Below, piece after piece: positions 60,579 through 64,000 of a DNA stretch of 64,000 nt. Where the stretch lies: the NCBI GenBank assembly GCA_020353515.1, contig CP070695.1:441173-505172 (forward strand), given 5' to 3'. Numbering within the stretch: position 1 is the first letter of the stretch; the number at the start of each line of letters is the position of its first letter. The translations under genes were made by a program, and so were the position numbers. The stretch is from Candidatus Heimdallarchaeota archaeon. GTDB taxonomy: Archaea; Asgardarchaeota; Heimdallarchaeia; Hodarchaeales; Hodarchaeaceae. The notes under the pieces were generated by a model. The model saw only the letters and a program-made list of their open reading frames with translations, was not told where the DNA came from and did not search any database.

Positions 60579-61985
60579 GTGATGCTGATGGATTCAGATG
60601 AGTGCATAACTGCAGTCATGATTGGTGCTGGAAATCGCGGCAAAGATGTGTATGGACAATACGCTCTAGATCATCCTCATGAACTGAAGTTCATTGCTGT
60701 TGCTGAACCTCATTCTGTCAGGAGAAATCAATTTGCCCGAGCTCACTTTATTCCTTCTTCAGGTCAATACGAAACCTGGGAGGATTTATTACAATCAAAG
60801 ATCGCTGAGGCAGCATTTATTTGTACTCAGGATCGGAAGCACACAGCACCAGCTTTAAAAGCGTTAAATCTTGGATATAATGTGTTATTAGAAAAACCTA
60901 TGGCTACTAAAATTGATGAATGTATTCTCTTAACGAAAAAAGCAGAGGAAGTGAAAAAACAACTTCGAATTGCCCATGTATTACGATATACTCCCTTCTT
61001 TCAGAAAATTTACGAAATTATTCAATCTGGTCAAATAGGAGACGTAATTACAATTGATCATCGTGAAAATGTCTCTTACTGGCACATGGCACACTCATTT
61101 GTAAGAGGACATTGGGCTAAAGAAAAATCTTCAAGTCCGATGATCCTTGCAAAATCATGTCATGATTTAGACATTCTTTACTGGCTTGTAGGAAGCTCTC
61201 CGCGAATCATAAGCTCTTTTGGTAGCTTAACTCATTTCAAACCCGATAATGCACCTTCTGGGGCAACAAAACGGTGTCTAGATGGTTGCAATTCTATTGA
61301 CTCCTGTAAATATTATGCACCCCGAATTTACATAGATATTATTCCCCTCCTTCGTATTGCGCAAATCGGGGGATCCAGAAAAGTGCACTTTATAGCAAAT
61401 TTAGCTTTAAAACACCCACGAATCTTCTCAAAGCTGAAAGGTCTCCCCCTTTTCCGTCAAGTTGATGCTTATCAAGGATGGCCAGTTTCAACAATAACAG
61501 AGGATTTATCAATCGAAGGTAAATGGAATGCCTTGAGAAACAGTCCTTACGGATCTTGTGTTTATTTCGCTGATAGCGATGTTGTAGATCATCAAGTAAC
61601 GATTATTGAATTTGAGAATAGTGTAACTGCTACTTTTACCATGCACGGACATTCCCATCTGGAGGGAAGAACAATTCGTATAGATGGCACAAAAGGAACT
61701 TTGATTGGAGAATTTCTTGCCTCTGGGGAAAGAATTATCTTCTATAATCACCTTAAAGAGACAGAAGACATCATCTTTAATAAAAAAATGCAATCCAGGA
61801 GTGGCCATGGAGGAGGAGATCTTGGTTTGGTTGAATCATTTATTAAATCATTACACGAAGAAACTAAGGAACCTTTAACTAGTGCTTCTGCTTCATTAGA
61901 AAGCCATATAATGGCCTTTGCAGCAGAAGAAGCTCGGTTAACGGATAATACTATCAAGATGGACGAATTTAAGAACCGTTTTTAG
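60579..61985 (+). CDS. Gfo/Idh/MocA oxidoreductase
   Basis: GAGNRG, EKP, AKSCHDLD, GHGGGD. Confidence 0.93.
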   Translation: MMLMDSDECITAVMIGAGNRGKDVYGQYALDHPHELKFIAVAEPHSVRRNQFARAHFIPSSGQYETWEDLLQSKIAEAAFICTQDRKHTAPALKALNLGYNVLLEKPMATKIDECILLTKKAEEVKKQLRIAHVLRYTPFFQKIYEIIQSGQIGDVITIDHRENVSYWHMAHSFVRGHWAKEKSSSPMILAKSCHDLDILYWLVGSSPRIISSFGSLTHFKPDNAPSGATKRCLDGCNSIDSCKYYAPRIYIDIIPLLRIAQIGGSRKVHFIANLALKHPRIFSKLKGLPLFRQVDAYQGWPVSTITEDLSIEGKWNALRNSPYGSCVYFADSDVVDHQVTIIEFENSVTATFTMHGHSHLEGRTIRIDGTKGTLIGEFLASGERIIFYNHLKETEDIIFNKKMQSRSGHGGGDLGLVESFIKSLHEETKEPLTSASASLESHIMAFAAEEARLTDNTIKMDEFKNRF

Positions 61986-62058
61986 AATAATTCTTGAGAA
62001 TGAGGAATTACAATTTTTTCTCAATATATAGAAAAATTTTGAATACTCTAAAGGAATA

Positions 62059-62075
62059 GTGAAGTTTACCTTCAC
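62059..62075. promoter_or_regulatory. Candidate operator of the methyltransferase operon
   Basis: GTGAAG-N5-CTTCAC dyad about 50 bp upstream. Confidence 0.45.
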
Positions 62076-62123
62076 CATACAATAAAATTCGAAAAAGCTT
62101 ATTTTAACTCTTTCTCAAAAATC

Positions 62124-62780
62124 ATGGTGTTTATTATGGAACCAATTTATGAAGAAATGGCAACAAGTGTCGTAGAACTCGACATGGAGAAAGCAAAAAC
62201 CCTTGCACAGAAAGCAATTGATGATAATCTTTCCCTGTTAGAAGTAATAGAAAAAGGCTATGGTACTGGTATTAAAAGAGTGGGAGATTTATGGGATCAG
62301 GGTGAATTCTTTCTTCCAGAGCTCATGAGAGGTGCACAGATAATGCAAGAGGCTGTTGATATTATTACACCTCATCTCGAGGATTCTAGAGCAAGAGAGA
62401 CAAAAGGGAAGGTTATAATGGCAACCATTGAGGGAGATATTCATACGATTGGTAAAACAATCGTTGCAACCCTCCTGAAGGCAAATGGATTTGAAGTTAT
62501 CGACTTGGGAGCAGATGTGAAAGCAGAAACTATTGTAGCTGAGGCTGAAAAACATCAAGCTGATCTTATCGGTGTGTCTGCATTATTAACAACCACAATG
62601 ATGGGACAGAAGAAAGTCATCGAAATACTCGAGCAACAGGGTATAAGAGAAAATTTCAAAGTCATGCTTGGTGGTGCTCCTGTCACCTCGAAATGGGTAG
62701 AAGAGTGTAAAGCAGATGGATACGCTGAAAATGCAGTTTCTGCAGTGACTATTGCCATGAAATTACTCGGCCTCTCTTGA
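62124..62780 (+). CDS. Corrinoid (B12-binding) methyl-carrier protein, MttC/MtbC-like
   Basis: FFLPEL cap; GDIHTIGK, SALLTTT, GGAP. Confidence 0.93.
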   Translation: MVFIMEPIYEEMATSVVELDMEKAKTLAQKAIDDNLSLLEVIEKGYGTGIKRVGDLWDQGEFFLPELMRGAQIMQEAVDIITPHLEDSRARETKGKVIMATIEGDIHTIGKTIVATLLKANGFEVIDLGADVKAETIVAEAEKHQADLIGVSALLTTTMMGQKKVIEILEQQGIRENFKVMLGGAPVTSKWVEECKADGYAENAVSAVTIAMKLLGLS

Positions 62781-62805
62781 AAAAGGAAAGAGGATTAGAT
62801 TCACA

Positions 62806-63693
62806 ATGGAGTTTCTCTCTCTATTACAGAAAAAGGAGATTTTACTGTTTGATGGAGCTTTGGGAACCGAACTAATGCTGAGAGGTTTAAAACCTAGAGA
62901 TGTTCCTGATAAATGGAATTTAGATCGTCCAGAGGTTATTAAAGAAGTTTTTGAGCAATACTATAATGCTGGTAGCGATATAGTACAAACTGCGACATTT
63001 AGAGCAAATGGTGTTGCTCTAGAAAAATATGGCATCGAGAACCTGATTGAGGATATAAATAAAAGCTCCGGGGAAATATTAAGAAGCGTATGTCCCCCAG
63101 ACAAATGTGTAATAGGTGATATAGGGCCTTCTGGGGAGTTCCTAGAACCAGTTGGTAAAGCATCGATCAATGACCTAAAAAAAGGCTTTCAAAAACAAGC
63201 TAAAGCACTAGCTCCATTTGTTGATGCTTGGCACCTCGAGACATTTTCTGATATAAGAGAAATGAAAGCAGCAATTCTAGCTGTTCAAATTGAATCGAAT
63301 AAACCAATCATAGCTAGTATGACATACCAAAGGACACCTAAAGGATACTTCACTATAATGGGTAATACTCTTATTGATTGTGTTTCGGAACTTCTTAATT
63401 CAGGAGTCGCTATTATTGGATCAAATTGCACTCTTAGTAGTAATGATTTTTTTGATCTTATGAAAACTATGAGAGCTGTAGCTCCAAAGATTCCTCTTTC
63501 AATTAAACCAAACGCAGGTAACCCAGAACTAGAAAATGGAAAGTCAATCTACAAACAACCGCCAGAAGACTTTGCAAAAGATATTAAAAAAATCCTTGAA
63601 CACGACGGCCAGATAGTAGGAGGCTGTTGTGGCACAGGACCTACTCATATTAAGTTACTTCGAAAAATAATTGATGAACTCCGAGGAGGATAA
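62806..63693 (+). CDS. Stand-alone homocysteine S-methyltransferase domain (split MetH type)
   Basis: DGALGT, GSNC, PNAG, GGCCGT. Confidence 0.93.
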   Translation: MEFLSLLQKKEILLFDGALGTELMLRGLKPRDVPDKWNLDRPEVIKEVFEQYYNAGSDIVQTATFRANGVALEKYGIENLIEDINKSSGEILRSVCPPDKCVIGDIGPSGEFLEPVGKASINDLKKGFQKQAKALAPFVDAWHLETFSDIREMKAAILAVQIESNKPIIASMTYQRTPKGYFTIMGNTLIDCVSELLNSGVAIIGSNCTLSSNDFFDLMKTMRAVAPKIPLSIKPNAGNPELENGKSIYKQPPEDFAKDIKKILEHDGQIVGGCCGTGPTHIKLLRKIIDELRGG

Positions 63694-63699
63694 TGTTTA

Positions 63700-64000
63700 T
63701 TGACCGTAATACGCCCAAAAATTGAATTATTAACAAATGAATACAAAGAAAAGATATATCAAGAAGCAAAAGCCATTCTTCGTACTCAAGGCGTCGAAAT
63801 AGAAAATCCTGAAGCACGAAGTCTATTAAATGAGGAAGGAGTTGAAAATGAGGCAGACAGATACTTCATCCCAGGGGATTTAGTTGACAAGTTACGGGCT
63901 TATGCTCCTTCAGAAATTAAATTATTTGATAGAGAAGGAAAAGAAGTAATAAAACTCTCACAAGACAACATTCATTTTGATCCTGGATCAGCAGCAATTT
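63700..64000 (+). CDS. MttB-superfamily (trimethylamine/quaternary amine) methyltransferase, 5' part only
   Basis: Absent from ORF track. GGAGG then TTG; MTVIRPKIELL...IYQEAKAILRTQGV...APSEIKLFDREG...HFDPGSAAI. Confidence 0.8.
   Translation, partial: MTVIRPKIELLTNEYKEKIYQEAKAILRTQGVEIENPEARSLLNEEGVENEADRYFIPGDLVDKLRAYAPSEIKLFDREGKEVIKLSQDNIHFDPGSAAI

Noticed and set aside
2898-63170. Numerous short tracked ORFs nested in or antisense to long genes (for example 2898, 6259, 19464, 24966, 34802, 54195, 61509)
   Set aside because: Overlap well-supported CDSs and lack motifs
1-64000. tRNA, rRNA, prophage, IS elements, Sec/Pyl recoding
   Set aside because: No GC-rich structured segment, integrase or transposase motif, or in-frame stop inside a conserved domain was seen by eye; tRNAscan-SE and Infernal would be decisive

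Overview
AT-rich, gene-dense archaeal chromosomal DNA, most likely from an Asgard archaeon (Heimdallarchaeia/Hodarchaeales-like). This is inferred from the archaeal-type GluRS and HMG-CoA synthase, the long TPR paralogues, a Ras-superfamily small GTPase and surface proteins with C-terminal sorting signals. I found no rRNA, tRNA, CRISPR array or transposase. The window holds three ABC-2 exporter operons with their regulators, lipid and envelope genes (PssA-like CDP-alcohol transferase, polyprenol kinase, archaeosortase, HMG-CoA synthase fused to a DUF35-like domain, two CWH43/PGAP2IP-like membrane EEP proteins), three orphan DNA methyltransferases, gltX, ribA, an Fpg/Nei glycosylase and the start of a corrinoid/Hcy-methyltransferase/MttB operon. 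Items missing from the ORF track include two tandem paralogous 33-aa membrane micropeptides (10239-10463), two genes that appear to need CTG or ATC start codons, a frameshifted membrane gene, and a GTAAA-N6-TTTAC operator shared by two distant operons. Family assignments come from motifs read by eye and from remembered sequences; no searches were run.
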